Program-made: the position numbers and the translations under genes
Part shown: one piece after another, positions 1 through 12,884 of the stretch
Layout: the number at the start of each line of letters is the position of its first letter
Numbering within the stretch: position 1 is the first letter of the stretch
The notes under the pieces: model-generated
What the model was told of the DNA's origin: nothing
The model's database searches: none
Seen by the model: only the letters and a program-made list of their open reading frames with translations
Assembly: GCF_009914755.1 (NCBI RefSeq)
Contig: NC_060932.1
Strand: one strand, 5' to 3'
Length of the DNA stretch: 64,000 nt
From: the human T2T-CHM13v2.0 reference genome, Homo sapiens

Positions 1-361
1 TAGTTTGATATTAATAGCATTGAATCTGTAAGTTGCTTTGGACAGCATGGCAATTTTTATAATATTGATTCTTCCTATCAATGGGCATGGAATATTTTTT
101 CCATTTATTTGTATCATCTTTGATTTCTTTCAGCAGTGTTTTGTAGTTCTCCTTGTAGAGATCTTTCACCTATATTCCTAGGTATTTCACTTATATTCCT
201 AGGTATTTCATTTTCTTTGTGGCTACTGTAAGTGGTATTATGTTCTTGATTTCACACTCAACCTGGATGTTGTTGATGTATAGAAATGCTACTGATTTTT
301 GTACATTGACTTTGTATCCTGAAACTTCACTAAAGTCATTTATCAATTCTAGGAGCCTTTG
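1..361 (-). mobile_element. L1 ORF2 (RT region) fragment; inverted 5' part of a 5'-inverted L1, runs off the window edge
   Basis: Minus-strand peptide [26 protein letters not shown]...KKMKYLGI matches L1 ORF2 RT; it abuts a plus-strand L1 3' end at ~362. Confidence 0.9.
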
Positions 362-1147
362 ACATGTGACAAAATGCTCAGTGTCACTAATCGTTAGAGA
401 AATGCAAATCAAACCACACTGAGATGCCATCTCACACCAGTTAGGATGGCTATTTTTAAAATGTCAAAAAACAGCAAATGCTGGTGAGGCTGCTGAGAAA
501 AAGGAATGCTTATACATTGTTGGTGGGAATGTAAATGAGTCCAGCCACTGTGAAAAGCAGTCTGGAAATTTCTCAAAGAACTTAAAACAGAGCTACTGTT
601 AGACCCAGCAATCTTATTACTAGGTATATACCCAAAAGAAAACAAATCATTCTACCAGAAAGACACCTGAAGTTGTATGTTCATTCCTAGGCTATTCACA
701 ATAGCAAAGACATGGAATCAACCCAAGTGCCCATCAGTGGTAGACTGAATAAAGAAAATATGGGATATTTATACCATGAAACAATATACAACCATAAAAA
801 ATAATGGAATCATGTCCTTTGCAGTAACATGGATGGGGCTGGAGGCTATAATCTTAAGCAAATGAATGCAGGAACAGAAAACTAAAAATTGCATGTTCTC
901 ATTGATAAGAGGGAGCTGAACAGTGAGCACATATAGACAAAAATATTGGAACACTAGAAACTGCGGCCTACTAGAGGGTGGAGGGAAACAGGTTGGTATA
1001 TACCCAAAACTACCTGTTGGGTACTATGCTCACTAACTGGGTAATGGGATCCATACTCCAAACCTCAATATCACTCACTATTCTCATGTAACAAATCTGC
1101 ACATGTACCTCCTATATCTAAAATAAAAGTTGAAATTTAAAAAAAAA
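362..1147 (+). mobile_element. L1 3' end (old primate L1PA13-17/L1PB-like): ORF2 C-terminus, 3'UTR and poly(A)
   Basis: gaaatgcaaatcaaaccacactgagatgccatctcacaccag (ORF2 C-terminus); 3'UTR ...catgtaacaaatctgcacatgtacctcctatatctaaaataaaagttgaaa followed by an A-tail. Confidence 0.88.
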
Positions 1148-1332
1148 TCTACGAGACAGGTGGGGAAATTAAAACAGATTTGTAGGCCAGAAGATCTGAC
1201 ATTTATCAAAGGTGAACTTAAATGTTTCTAGTGGTCAGAGCAAAACAAATAATAATTACCTGTTTCCTATATATGCCCATAAAGAAAATACACGTGAATT
1301 CCTTAGGGAAAGCAAAGATCATCTCCAACAGT

Positions 1333-1452
1333 TGTAAATCTCTTGAGTTCTAGGAACAAGTTTTTTGTTTTCTGTTTTTTAATCTTTGCATTGCCCCACA
1401 GCTCCCATGACAGTGCCATGCACTGTGCAAGGACTCAATAAATATTTGTTAG
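1333..1452 (+). mobile_element. L2 3' end fragment
   Basis: Ends cagtgccatgcactgtgcaaggactcaataaatatttgtt, typical of the L2 3' terminus. Confidence 0.6.
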
Positions 1453-2957
1453 ATATTTTTTTGCAGAGATTTCGTTGACCCAGGGAATGGCCAATGTGAG
1501 AGTACCTCAACTCTGTAGACTTACAATGTCAACTCACGCAGTGTATCATCAGCTTGGAGGTTCTTGACTGACAATAGCTGATAGCTGATCCATGGCGACC
1601 CAAATACCCACTGCTTCCCCCACCTATTTAATGGTTAACTTATTTTTTTCATCTCATTGTAGTTAGTGACTTCAACATAAACTCAAAATTCCCTCCCTTT
1701 TTTTTACTGTTTATTTTTCCCAATCATAACTTTTACAAGTGTTTCAAATAATTTCTTCAAAGATTTGCACATTAATTAACAGAAGGTAGTTGTGGTGAGG
1801 TACCAAGAAGCCCCTCAAATTTACTGGACTAGATTCTTGGTTTTGTATGTCCACAAGTAAGTCTGTTGATTAGAGGCATGAAGAAGCCATGAAGAACTGA
1901 TTATCATGAAGACAATGGCAGAGTAATAAGGACAGCAGCAAACTATCCTATTTGTCCAGGCTTTTTATTTTCCTGGACTGTTTTCAACGTTGTCTTTATT
2001 CTCATCTGCGAAACAGAAGAAGGGTTTGGCTCAGAAGCAGCAGCTGAGAGAATGCCTGCCATGCTGTGTCCCTGTCTCCCTGCCATGTCCTTACAGGTGG
2101 GAGTGATATACCTGGCTCCCTGCCTTGGCGCCTTTGTTCATGGCTCCCAGGAATCTACCTTTGCACCCTCCACTTTCCCTTCCTTCTCCACCCTGCCTGT
2201 GGCCCACTCTTTCAACCTGAGAACTTATCCTGGCTGCCAATAGGCAGTGCTAATGCCAGCTTAGTCTTTCTCACCCAGGTGGCTAAAGGCCAGCGTTTCA
2301 ACATGAAACCTTTCCCAGATACTCATAGCACCTGAGTGCATGTAAACGTTTGTACTCTGAGTTGCTAGAATGAGAGAGCCGTCAGGTATACAGAGGTGCT
2401 ACAGTGGAAAGCTTTCTTTGTCGCATGTGATTATCTCAATGAAGAAAATATGAGTGGAATCCAATGACTTCCTCTGTCATCTTCCTGCCTCTGGCATCTA
2501 CCTGTTCATGTTTATGCTCAACTGCTGATTAATCTTTTCAGATGGTTTATCATATCCCTGTTCAGGAGCTACTATCTACTCTGGGAAATGTAAACACTTC
2601 ATCCAGGTGTTCAAATTCCTCAGCTTTGCTAGATGAAAACACCAAGGATACGACAACTTGCAAGAGTTTTACAATCCCCAAGTTCATTCTCCTGAGAGAA
2701 CAACAGGTAGAAATCCAGACAGGTGGAGTGACCTGTTCAAGGCCACACAGCTATACATAGCAAATCTGGGAACGGAGGCAAGAAGGAGGTCAAACCACCG
2801 GCCAAAGTTTATCTTCCCTAAAGCACATGTGCTTCCTTAATCGCAACTCAGTGAACAGAACATGGAAAGATACATCATTATCATTGAACTCTGTGTGCAT
2901 ATGTGAGAATCTAGTGGTTGGAGGTTAGAAAGCTTGGGAACATGTGTTTATGTTGAC

Positions 2958-3125
2958 AGCATAACAAGTTGTTAAGTCTACAGACTTTGGGGTTAGGCTG
3001 TGATTGAATCTAAGCTGTCCCTTGTTAGCTATCTATATACTTGAGCAAGTTTCTTAACCTCTTTGATACTGAAAATGCTCATTGATGAGATGGAGTTATG
3101 ACTTTTTTGCCAAAATGTTGTGATG
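2958..3125 (+). mobile_element. MIR SINE (degenerate)
   Basis: MIR core-like ttgagcaagtttcttaacctctttg...gagatggag, preceded by ttaag...acagactttgg. Confidence 0.55.
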
Positions 3126-3549
3126 ATATCACTAAGGGAAATGATTATTATTAAAACTATTCTACAATGCTGACATAACATTTATGTCATTCAAAGTGAT
3201 GTATTATCACCCCTCACATACCCTTTCTTTCCCAGCTTCTTGTTCTTTTCTCCTGTCTGCCTTTGGATGAACTACTCTTTTTTCTATACAGTAAATTCCT
3301 TACCTTCTCAATATATCTGCTTCACCGCCAAGGTAGCTCTATCATCTTTCTCATTTGCTTCATGATTCTGCAGAGCCTTCGTTAGCCAAAATCTTTGAAA
3401 GAGCATCATGGGAGGAAAGTGGAGAAGATATCAATCAGTAGGTGGTTTATTTGTTACCTGTAAATTATGTGATTTCAGCAGTGTATTAGTTAAGATTCTT
3501 TTAGTTTAGTGACAGCAAAATGGACCTCAACTGGCTTAAGTTTTTTTAT

Positions 3550-3779
3550 TGTGTGAGTTTACTATTTCTGCTGTAACAATTTACCACAAATTTTAGTAGC
3601 TTAAAATAATCCAGATTTATTCTTATGACTCTGGAGCTCAGAAGTCTGAGATGGGTCTCATGGGGCTAAAATCAAGGTGTCAGCAGGACTGCGTTCCTTC
3701 CAAGGGCTCTAGGAGATAATTTGTCCTTCTTGCCTTTTCCAGCTTCTACATGCTTCCTGCATGCCTGGCTCATGGACCC
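3550..3779 (-). mobile_element. MLT1C/D-type MaLR LTR, 3' half only
   Basis: gctgtaacaatttaccacaaattttagtagcttaaaa...ggggctaaaatcaaggtgtcagcaggactgcgttccttc is the reverse complement of an MLT1C/D 3' end. Confidence 0.75.
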
Positions 3780-3857
3780 ACAATACAATGACTAAGGTGT
3801 AAAATGGGCACATAAGAGGGCCCCTAAGGATCTATTCCAGTGCTATTGCTGTTATCT

Positions 3858-4329
3858 ACTTATAGTGTGTTGAATGGTGTACCCCCAAAATTCATGTCTA
3901 CATGTAACCTCAGAACAGGATCTTATTAGTAAATAGGATCTTAACAGATGCAATTAGTTAAGATGAGGTCATACTGGACTAGGTTGGGCCCTAAATCCAA
4001 TGACACGTGTTCTTATAAGAACAGATTTACATGGCCTGGGAGGGGAGATCACAGACAGAGCCATACAGGGAAGAAGGCCATGTGAACATGAAAGCAGAGA
4101 ATGGAATGATGCAGCTACAAGGCAAGTAATGACAAGGTTGCTGGGAGCCACCAGAAGCTAGGAAGAGGCAAGAAATGAGTCTTCCTTAGGGCCTTCAAAG
4201 AGAGCACAGCCCTGCAGGCACCTTGATTTTGGGCTTCTACTCTTCAGAACTCTGAGAGAATAAATTTCCATTGTTTTAGGCTAACCAGTTTGTGGTAATT
4301 TGTTTTGGCAGTCTTAGGAAACTAACACA
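3858..4329 (+). mobile_element. MLT1C solo LTR
   Basis: gttgaatggtgtacccccaaaattcatgt...aagatgaggtcatactgga...ccaccagaagctaggaagaggcaag...gagaataaatttcc...ggaaactaacaca. Confidence 0.85.
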
Positions 4330-7029
4330 CCTCTCTGTCTATGCCAAACCAGCTATAAAATATTATGAATTCAATCCATATTGTGTGCCCTAGTCAGCAT
4401 TTCAAGATGGCTATGTTTTCTCTCTTGGACCAGTTTATTTTAGGGTCAGTAGATGAGCAGACTTCACAGCAGATTTTATTTGATTCACTGCTTTGCTGGT
4501 ACATCTAGCCCAGAACTGCACATTCTAATTTGTTTTAATAAAGTCTCTGACCTTCTTCTAGCCTCATCAAACCCAATAGGAATCCTTACCATTAGAATGT
4601 ATTGATTTCTATCCTGTTGTATTAATCTTCTAGCAATGTAAGGCCTGTCCCAAATAATGCTAAGAGAATGAGAGAGAAATGCTTGCCTCTAGGCTATGGG
4701 AGCTACCAGCTCATGTTCTAATTTACATCATACCAGATTCACAAGTTCCTAATCTGATGAGCGCCAACTGTAGTGAGGCTGTGTTCTTCACCATCATGGC
4801 TTAGAAAAGATCTTGAGCTGGCTCTGCTCAGCTCCTGATTGGGTCATGGGGACAATTTTTCCCCAACACTGTTACTACTACTCCTGTAATTCTTCAAGAT
4901 TTATAGATGTCCTAGGAAATTACAAAGGAGTAGTTTCTTCAGGCATGGATTGGCATCACTTCTCTTTGATGATTGCCAGAGAGGTGTTAGATATGGACAA
5001 AGTGCAGTCCTCTGCAGATACCTATGCATGGGTCACCTATGCAATACTCATTGCAGTGAAGGGTAGGCTAACCTGGATGCTGAATCAGTTCCCATATGGC
5101 TCCTGGGTGCTCAGACAAGCTCCCTAAAACAGCTCTTTGCTAAAACACTCTTGTTTCTGTCAAATGACTCCCTCACCTCTCTGTTCTCCTTAATTCCTTA
5201 TCTATTTCATCCTCTACCTGTTTATTTCATTTGGGGCATCCTCTACCTGTTTATTTCACTTTGTCTGATAGGCAGAAAATGTCCTACTCTCTCTCCTCTT
5301 ATATTTATCTCAAGCATTTTATCTATCCCTAGAAATGCTTTTATTCTTCCAAGGGATGAGGCTTTTGCAAACAGAGCCAGGAAGAATTCTTTGGCTTCCT
5401 TCCTTGTTGCCTCTTTCCCCTGATTCTATGAGCCTGGAATGGCTTAGCTGCTTGTGAAGTTAAAGAAGATAAAGTAGAAAATTTCTGAGTAAAGATATCC
5501 ATTAAATCTTCAAAGATATCATTCCAATGCATTAAAAAATATTTTCAAAACTCTTTTACTATTAACTCACAATTTTCAAATGTTGTTTCCCAGACTCATG
5601 AAATAACTTCAGATAGATGTATGAGGGACCTATAGACTACATAAAGACCTATAGACTGTCATGAGATTCTAGATGTAACCTTCTCAGGGGCAGGAAGAGC
5701 ATCTATTTCATTAACTTGGGACAACCCTCAGCACATGTGGGTTCTTAAAAATGTTTCCTGGTGTCTCTGATATCCCTAGGCTGTGTCCATAGACCTATCA
5801 GCCTGGTCAGGACAGAGATCTGTTTCCTCTTTTCATGAATGATAAATAATGTTTTTGGGCCAGGCACAGCATTCCAAACAAACTGAGAAAGTCAGGAGGA
5901 AATAAAGATGAGTGATAACTCTGCTCCCAACTTTAAGAAGGGAAAATCTTCTTTGTTGTTGCATTCATCCATTTATCCCAACCTAATGTACAATCAACTT
6001 CTTATTCCTTAATTCTGACGTGAGACATGTATCTCTGAGTCTCCAGGGGCATTACTCTCCTCTTCTCCTAGGTGGGAGGTGTGTGTCTCTGGCACGTGTA
6101 TTATGGAGTTATTACAAATGGCTGCTTGGCTGTGCAGCTGTGTAACTCTTGCCTTGCTCTTCCAAACACAGCTACCTTATCTTTTCTTGCCTCCTCCTCC
6201 CTGAAGCTATTACCTTATTTTATTTTATTTTTTCAGGTTAAACAGCAGCCTCCTTCTTGGCTTCCTGGATCTATTCCTATTAACCCAGCATCTGAAGTCC
6301 TTGCAGGCAAAAAGCCTAACCAAGCAGAGACAATAGTCCCAGTTCAGCTCAGGCCATGTAGGGCTCATTTTCCTACACACATTAAGTCCTGACCTAGACC
6401 ACTGGGGAACTGCTGAAACTCTGTAGCTTACTGAAGCTCATAGATTGGAGAAAGGATTATGGAATCATCTTTTATAACATCCTCTGAACTTATCTGGTAT
6501 TTCAGAGAACATAATTTCTGCCTGACAACAAATGCATGCATGTAAAAGAGAAAACCTCACTTTGGGTTCTCTGTTACTGAGGTCACTCTGTCCCAGGTTT
6601 ACATGGCAAGCATTTTACATTCTAACCAGATCCTTAACTCTCACTATCAAAGAAAATTTATTTTTAAAAATTAATGATCCTTCTTTATAAATTATGTAGA
6701 CAGGCTTGGACAGCCGTTGTCTTCCTAATCCTTCGTAGACTTATTTCATCTTCAGGAAGAAACACTGCTTCCAGTGATAAATCTGAGAAGCTTCTTCTGT
6801 TTGATGTCTGATACATTGCTGTGAACACAGACATAGGAAAAATGTAAGAGCTATTTTTATATCTCCACTTTTGAGTTGTTAATCCTCCAGTCACTCTCTT
6901 TTCTGTCTTCATCACTAAATTTTGTTTCCAAATCTTTCAGTGATTTCTTTTGTTATATTTTTTCTCAGTGTAAACCATTTTATTATCCATCAACCCCCTC
7001 TACTTAAAAAATTTGATATTTTTATTAGG

Positions 7030-7585
7030 CAACCAGATAGTATATGTCTCTGTTGTGATGCAATATATCACCTATGATGTGTTCAAGCCAAAAATGTTTA
7101 ACTTTAATCCTTTAAGCCTTTAGCTGCAGGAAATCAGTCCTATGAGTCAATGTCATAAAACCCAGTTGGAGTGGGGGATGTGCTAGATTAGAAGAGGGGT
7201 AATGGACAGAACAAGCAGATGTCACATGTGATCCTGGATTGGACCCGGTCTGAACTGCTCATCTGCAAAGGATGTTTTGACACAATTGGGCAAACTCAAA
7301 ACTAGATTAGGAATTAGGGAAAGTACACATTTTGGGGTATGGAAAGGTAGAGATTAGCAACGGAAACATGTAGATTACAAAATGGCGTGTGTGATATGAT
7401 CTAAATTGTATTAAAATACACATGTATTTTAACACACACATATACATATATGCATATATATTAAATGCAAGAAAAATCTGGGAACATACTTAATAGTGTT
7501 ATTGTAAAAGTCTCGTGTTTTTATTTTCTTACTCTTATTGATCAGTATTTTCTAACTTTCTACAAGACACATACTGCTTGTAACA
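7030..7585 (+). mobile_element. Old L1ME/L1MC 3'UTR fragments
   Basis: atcacctatgatgtgttcaagccaaaaatgtttaac and gatcctggattggac...aaaggatgttttgacacaattgggcaaa resemble L1ME 3' regions. Confidence 0.45.
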
Positions 7586-7732
7586 ATTACTTTAATGAAT
7601 TAATTAATTAAGAAAGGAAGGGATCTCATTAGTAATGATGTAATGATTCTCACTGATTTTGGTGGGGCATCAAATAGAGTTGTGAGAACTTTAGTAAAAT
7701 CCAATTATCTTAGTGTATTAGATACTGCTTAG

Positions 7733-8112
7733 TGTATTAGATAAGGATTTTCATACTGCTACGAAGAACTGCCCAACACTGCCTACTTTATAAAGAAAAG
7801 AGGTTTAAATGACACAGTTCAGCATGGCTGGGGAGGCATCAGGAAACTTAAAATCATGGTGGAAGGCAAAGGGGAAGCAAGGCACTTTCTTCACAAGGTG
7901 GCAGGAAGGAGAAATGCTGAGTGAAGGGGGAAGAGCCCTTTATAAAACTATCAGTTCTCATGAGAACTCACTCACTATCATGAGAACAGCATAGGGGAAA
8001 CTGCCCTCACGATCCAATTACTTCCACCTGGTCTCTCCTTTGACATGTGGTGATTATGGGGAGCATAATTCAAAATGAGATTTGGATGGGGACACAAGGC
8101 CTAACCATATCA
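7733..8112 (-). mobile_element. THE1D/THE1C-type MaLR solo LTR
   Basis: tgtattag...aaagaaaagaggtttaa...ggggaagcaaggcactttcttcacaaggtggcagg...ctaaccatatca; 5-bp TSD cttag (7728-7732) / cttaa (8113-8117). Confidence 0.88.
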
Positions 8113-8744
8113 CTTAATTATGGTGATTCTTAAGTATCAAGGGAATATAATTATTCTGAAATCGGAGTCTTTGTTTACTGCTGCCCTTGGTCTCCTTAGT
8201 TAATTTTTGAAGCTTCACTCAATGTATTAAAGAAGAGTAAAAAAATAGTCACTGGTAAAAATCAATCCAAATCTCAATTAACCAGGACCAATCTGAAGCT
8301 TTATTTTCATCCACACATCTCTCCTTTTATCATAAGGAACTATTTAGTGAAAAAGCCTGAAGGGAGGCTGTCTGCCTACTTGAGAAAAGGTGCATAAAGT
8401 AAGTGATTTATAAATGACAGAAGGCTCAACTTTTGATTTTCAAATCTGGACTGTATATTTACTTTAGACCTCAAAGGACATAGAATTAGGTAGATACTGT
8501 AGTTTCAACCTTCATCACTGAGTTTACAACCAAACATGTTCTCATTTCTCTCATTCAGTGGACATTTTCAGAACACAGAACCATACACATGTGCCTATTA
8601 AATTGTGCCACATTTATCTCATCATGTTAGTTTTTTTATGATACTTACAAAATTCATGCAAAGTTAAGATGTTTCCTTGGCTTCTATTCATTACACTTGT
8701 GATCAGCGTGCCATTAATTTAGTGGGATATGGTTGAGGAAAAGA

Positions 8745-9750
8745 CCCTACTGCATGCCATGAGAAGCATCCCTGAAGGGAAATAGCAAAAGCAGTCATTA
8801 AACAAGTTAATAAATCCATCTAACCATTCACATTTCTTGTTTTGTCTCGAAGGACGCCTTGAGACACTGTTGAGAAGCTCACTAAAATCCAGAGGCACTA
8901 TGCTGTTTGTTTCCTTGATCTGTTGCTCTAGAAACCCTATGACAAAATGAAGTGAGGCTTTTCCAAAAAGGCTTACCCTAACAAAACTCATTCTACTTCT
9001 TTTAATTATGTCTTATAAAACCTTGCCTCATACTGGCATGAAACTCACTGATGTTTGCTTTGTACAATCAATATTTTTTTTATCACTTTGAAATATTTGA
9101 ATTCTCCCCGTTAGTGATGCCACAGAGATAACTGATAGAAGTTAGCTGATTGCCTTGTAGTCTCCAGGATGCAATTCTCAGTAGGGTCCCTGAACTCAAT
9201 TAGAACACTTAGTTTTGTTCTTACAAGCTCCAGGCTTGCACTGAGCTTCAGTTTCACTGTCTTTATCCAATATCTGTCTCATCCTTTCCAGTTGAAAGAC
9301 GAATTGTTTTGGTAGAGAAGATGGATACCTCATAATTTTTACTACCTTTCTGTCATCTATACAATTCCAGTTCTATCCTTTCTTTATTATTCTTGTCCTC
9401 AACACTAAAAAATTATTTCAGTGTTCTTTTTACATTTGCAAGTTTCAGCTTATTCCCAGCATGAATCTTCTGGACACCATTCTTGCTGCATTCTTTTGTT
9501 GATCCTTGGTTATGTGTCTTTATTTCTATCTTTTGTACATTCCTTTTCGACTTTAAGCTACTTGGAAAGTTCTCTGTGTAGCCATTAAGTTTTAGGCTAC
9601 TTCTCCCATTTCTTCCTCATTGGAATCACTTGCAATTTCCTAGTCAGAATTATGGTTTGGAGAACAGCCTGACCCCCTGGAACTACTTTTATATCATTTC
9701 ACACAGCTGAGTTATCTCTCCTCTGGTACTCATGAAGTCTGCTGGCCCCA
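8745..9750 (-). mobile_element. L3/CR1 LINE ORF2 relic
   Basis: Minus-strand peptide IVPLDFSELLNSVS resembles the CR1 RT motif VYLDFSKAFDKVSH; further CR1-like degenerate sequence runs to ~9750. Confidence 0.6.
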
Positions 9751-9784
9751 AGGTCTATGATTGTGATTGCAGACATCTGACTGT

Positions 9785-9931
9785 GGCAGCTCCATGTCTC
9801 AGTTTTGTGCCTATGGCTGGCATCACTAATCAGTCGAGGTACTCTTTCCATGGTTTGCATTCTTCCTCAATACTTGGGGGTCTACATCTACCACCAGGCA
9901 ATCAGAGTTGACCCTTGATCTGTATCCCTGC
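9785..9931. mobile_element. Probable hAT-Charlie MER fragment (MER102-like)
   Basis: cactaatcagtcg...actctttcc...caggcaatcagagttg...atccctg end motif. Confidence 0.35.
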
Positions 9932-10342
9932 TCTAAGGCACCTAATTCTTACAACATTCTTACATTGTTATTATTTCCATTTCAACAATAAATTGCTCAA
10001 AATTAATCAGATTTAGCACTTTTAAGATATATGAAGGTATGATAAGTGAAGAAAATAATTAGGTATAGTATAAACAGTGCAGATTGGGCTGACAATCTAG
10101 GTAGATTGACTTCTTTAAATATCTAACTGGTCTGTTAATCAACTTATAAGACACTTCAAATGCTTTCTTACTCCTTGTTAGGTTTTCTCCAGACTGGTTC
10201 CATTGAGGAAGGAATTTTCTATCATCACGTTAATCTAGTAATATTCCTAACAACTCCCTAGTACCTCCTTTGGTCTGGTCCACTAATATGAGTTTCTAAT
10301 TGAAATTTATTAAAAGTGGTTCATAATGGCCATCTGTTTCCA

Positions 10343-10896
10343 GTAGTTCTGGTTATCTATTGAGGTGCAGCAAACCATCCCAAACCTTATGTCTCCAAAC
10401 CACACTATTCATTTATTTTTCTCATAGTTCTGTAATTTGGGTAGGACTTGCAGGGATGGTCCAGCTCTACTCCACGCAGCATTAGCTGGGGCAGTGCTAC
10501 TTGGGGCTGGAAGATCCATTTCAAGCTAGTTCACTCATGGCTGGCAAATTGATGCTGGATCTCTGCTGGGAGTTGAACCAGGACTTGAGCCAAGGGTTCT
10601 CAGTTCCTCTGAGCCTTCTTGCAAGTTGCCTGGATTTCCTTACAGCATATTATCTTGGTTTTGAACGTGACCCAAGCAGGAAGCAGAAGTGCTTGTTATT
10701 TTTATGACCTAGCTTTGGAAGTCACATGGCACCTCTTCTGCCATACTGTATTGGTCAAGGAAGTAAGAAAAACTCACCTAAGTTCAAGAAGAGAAGACAT
10801 GGACTCCTCCTTTTGATGGAGACAGCAAGGGTCTTAAAGAACATGTGGCTTAGGATATATGGTTGTGGCCATCTTTGGAAGATACTGTCTGCCACA
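10343..10896 (-). mobile_element. MLT1H-like MaLR solo LTR
   Basis: ggttatctattg...aaaccatcccaaacctta...ggggctggaagatccatttcaag...ttttatgacctagctttggaagtcac...gccatctttggaagatactgtctgccaca. Confidence 0.75.
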
Positions 10897-11529
10897 ATAT
10901 CAAACTAAGTTTGTTCAGTGGTCACTATCTTGTAGCAAATCAAAGGATATCAAGTGAGCATGGTTACCCTATATAGCATCACCATTATGGTTTGAAGAAT
11001 ATCACCTTAGTTCCTCTTATTCAAGCAACAGATACTGACAGCCAAAACTATGTGTCAGGCACTGTGTTAGATGCTCTAGTGACTCTTCAATTCATAACTG
11101 AATTTTGACAAGTTCATTTCCATCATATTCTTACCGCGAGGTACTTCATAGAAATTTGATCCTTTCTTTCTTTTATTCTCATATAACAAGTATTTTTAAA
11201 TATCTACAGTCTTTATCCTTGATCCAAGAGGATATTTGCTGCAGGTATAGTGTGACTACTGCTCACTTATTAATAGATTGATATTCAAGATGCTTGACAT
11301 TTGCTTTGGCTTGCACACTGGCCAATCAGATCAGAAGCTGACCTTATCTGATACAGTCATATTGCTGACAGTATATATAGTAGGTGAATACTTGCTTACT
11401 TTTTAAGGAGTCTTATTTTTCATTGTTTTTTCTCCACTTAAATAAATGAATACATGTTGAGCATTTATTATGTTCAAGAACCTGGCTTTGGTACTGAGGA
11501 AACTGTGTGTCTGTTCTCAATAGGATTTA

Positions 11530-11862
11530 AAAGGCCTTTTGCAATTACTATGTTCTCTGCCCAGAAGGCTCTTTCCCTAAATATTCACGTGGCTCACTCC
11601 ACCACTTCCTTCACTTCTCTGTTCATGTGTTACCACATCAGAGAGTCCTTCCCTGTTCACTGTAAATAAAGTAGCACCCACCTATTATTTCCTATCCTTA
11701 ATGTATTTTTTCATAGCAGATACAACCACCAAGCATATTGTAAATTTATTTATTATTTACTTCCTTAGCAAGAATTAAAGTACATGAAATTACATCCCTA
11801 GCACTAGAAACTATGAGCACACAGTAGGTACTCAGCTAATACAAGTTGGATTGAACTGAATA
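11530..11862 (+). mobile_element. L2a 3' region
   Basis: ggccttttgc...ctctgcccagaaggctctttccc...atccctagcactagaa...cacacagtaggtactcag. Confidence 0.7.
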
Positions 11863-12884
11863 CTTGTTGAGATGTGGAAATGAAGAGAGATGGCAGAGAA
11901 AAAGATAACTGAAGCCCAAGCCAGGCTGTCAGGAGGAATAGTGATGTCATGAAGTGAAGTAGGGAGGAATTGAGGGGGAAGCATTTTCATTGAGGTTATC
12001 TGCTTTTGTGCCATATCTGAAGATTTGTCCCTTTGGAGGTACACATTTGGTTGCATTCTGTATATGAAATTTAAAAACAAGCATCTAAATATTGCAAAAT
12101 GTTTCTAGACAAGCACAACACTTCGTTAGCTATCTGGCCTGCTGTCCCTTACCTTCCAACATCTCCTGGGACATCTTTACTAAAGGAAATGCCACTCCTA
12201 GTGTCTTAGGATGATCCGTCTCCATAGTTAGTTATTAATCAAAGAAAAATGATAATAACTCATGTTATCCTTTTATCCTTGGCAAAGCTGTTTCCTAGAA
12301 GTAATATCCAAACATGATGAGGTGTGGAATCTCAGTTGCCTAAACTTAGAAAGTTAATGTTGGTCTCAGTTCCCACACAGGTGCATGAGGTCGGGGGACA
12401 TAATGGAAAAGGGCTGGAAATCCCAGACACAAACAGGACCTCAGGGTCAAGGAGGGCTTCCCAAAAATAACAGCTCTTGAAGAGCCAAGGCCTCTCTGGG
12501 TGTGAGCCAGTGGACATCAATAGTACACACAGCACTCAAGTGGAAACAGAGGCGAATGATTTGGCAGTGGTTTCCTGGCCATATAAAACAAAGTTCTATT
12601 AACATAAAGCTAGTAGAGGGAGGGATTGCTGCAGCTGTGATGTGACTACATTTCATGTATTAACTCCTGGGGCCTCACAATAGTGGATTCTTGCTGGCTT
12701 TATTATGTAAGAGACCCCAGAAATAATCCCAGAAACCCCAGAAATAATCAGATATTTCATGATTTTCAACTTTGGTGATACTGAAGAAATAGAAGGTATT
12801 GAGTTTCTGCTGGGGAAGAATGAAGTAGGAAGCCAATAAACTGTAATGAGTTTTCTCTACCAACACCAACCTATATCCCCTGAA

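Noticed and set aside
2052-2335. Possible exon after the splice-acceptor-like tccttacag and two short ORFs
   Set aside because: There is no supporting donor, partner exon or recognisable peptide, and such motifs arise by chance.
5627-5657. 12-bp direct repeat gacctatagact; also cccagaaataat repeats at ~12714-12749 and aaaatgtac x2 at ~20440
   Set aside because: Ordinary short slippage duplications with no further structure.
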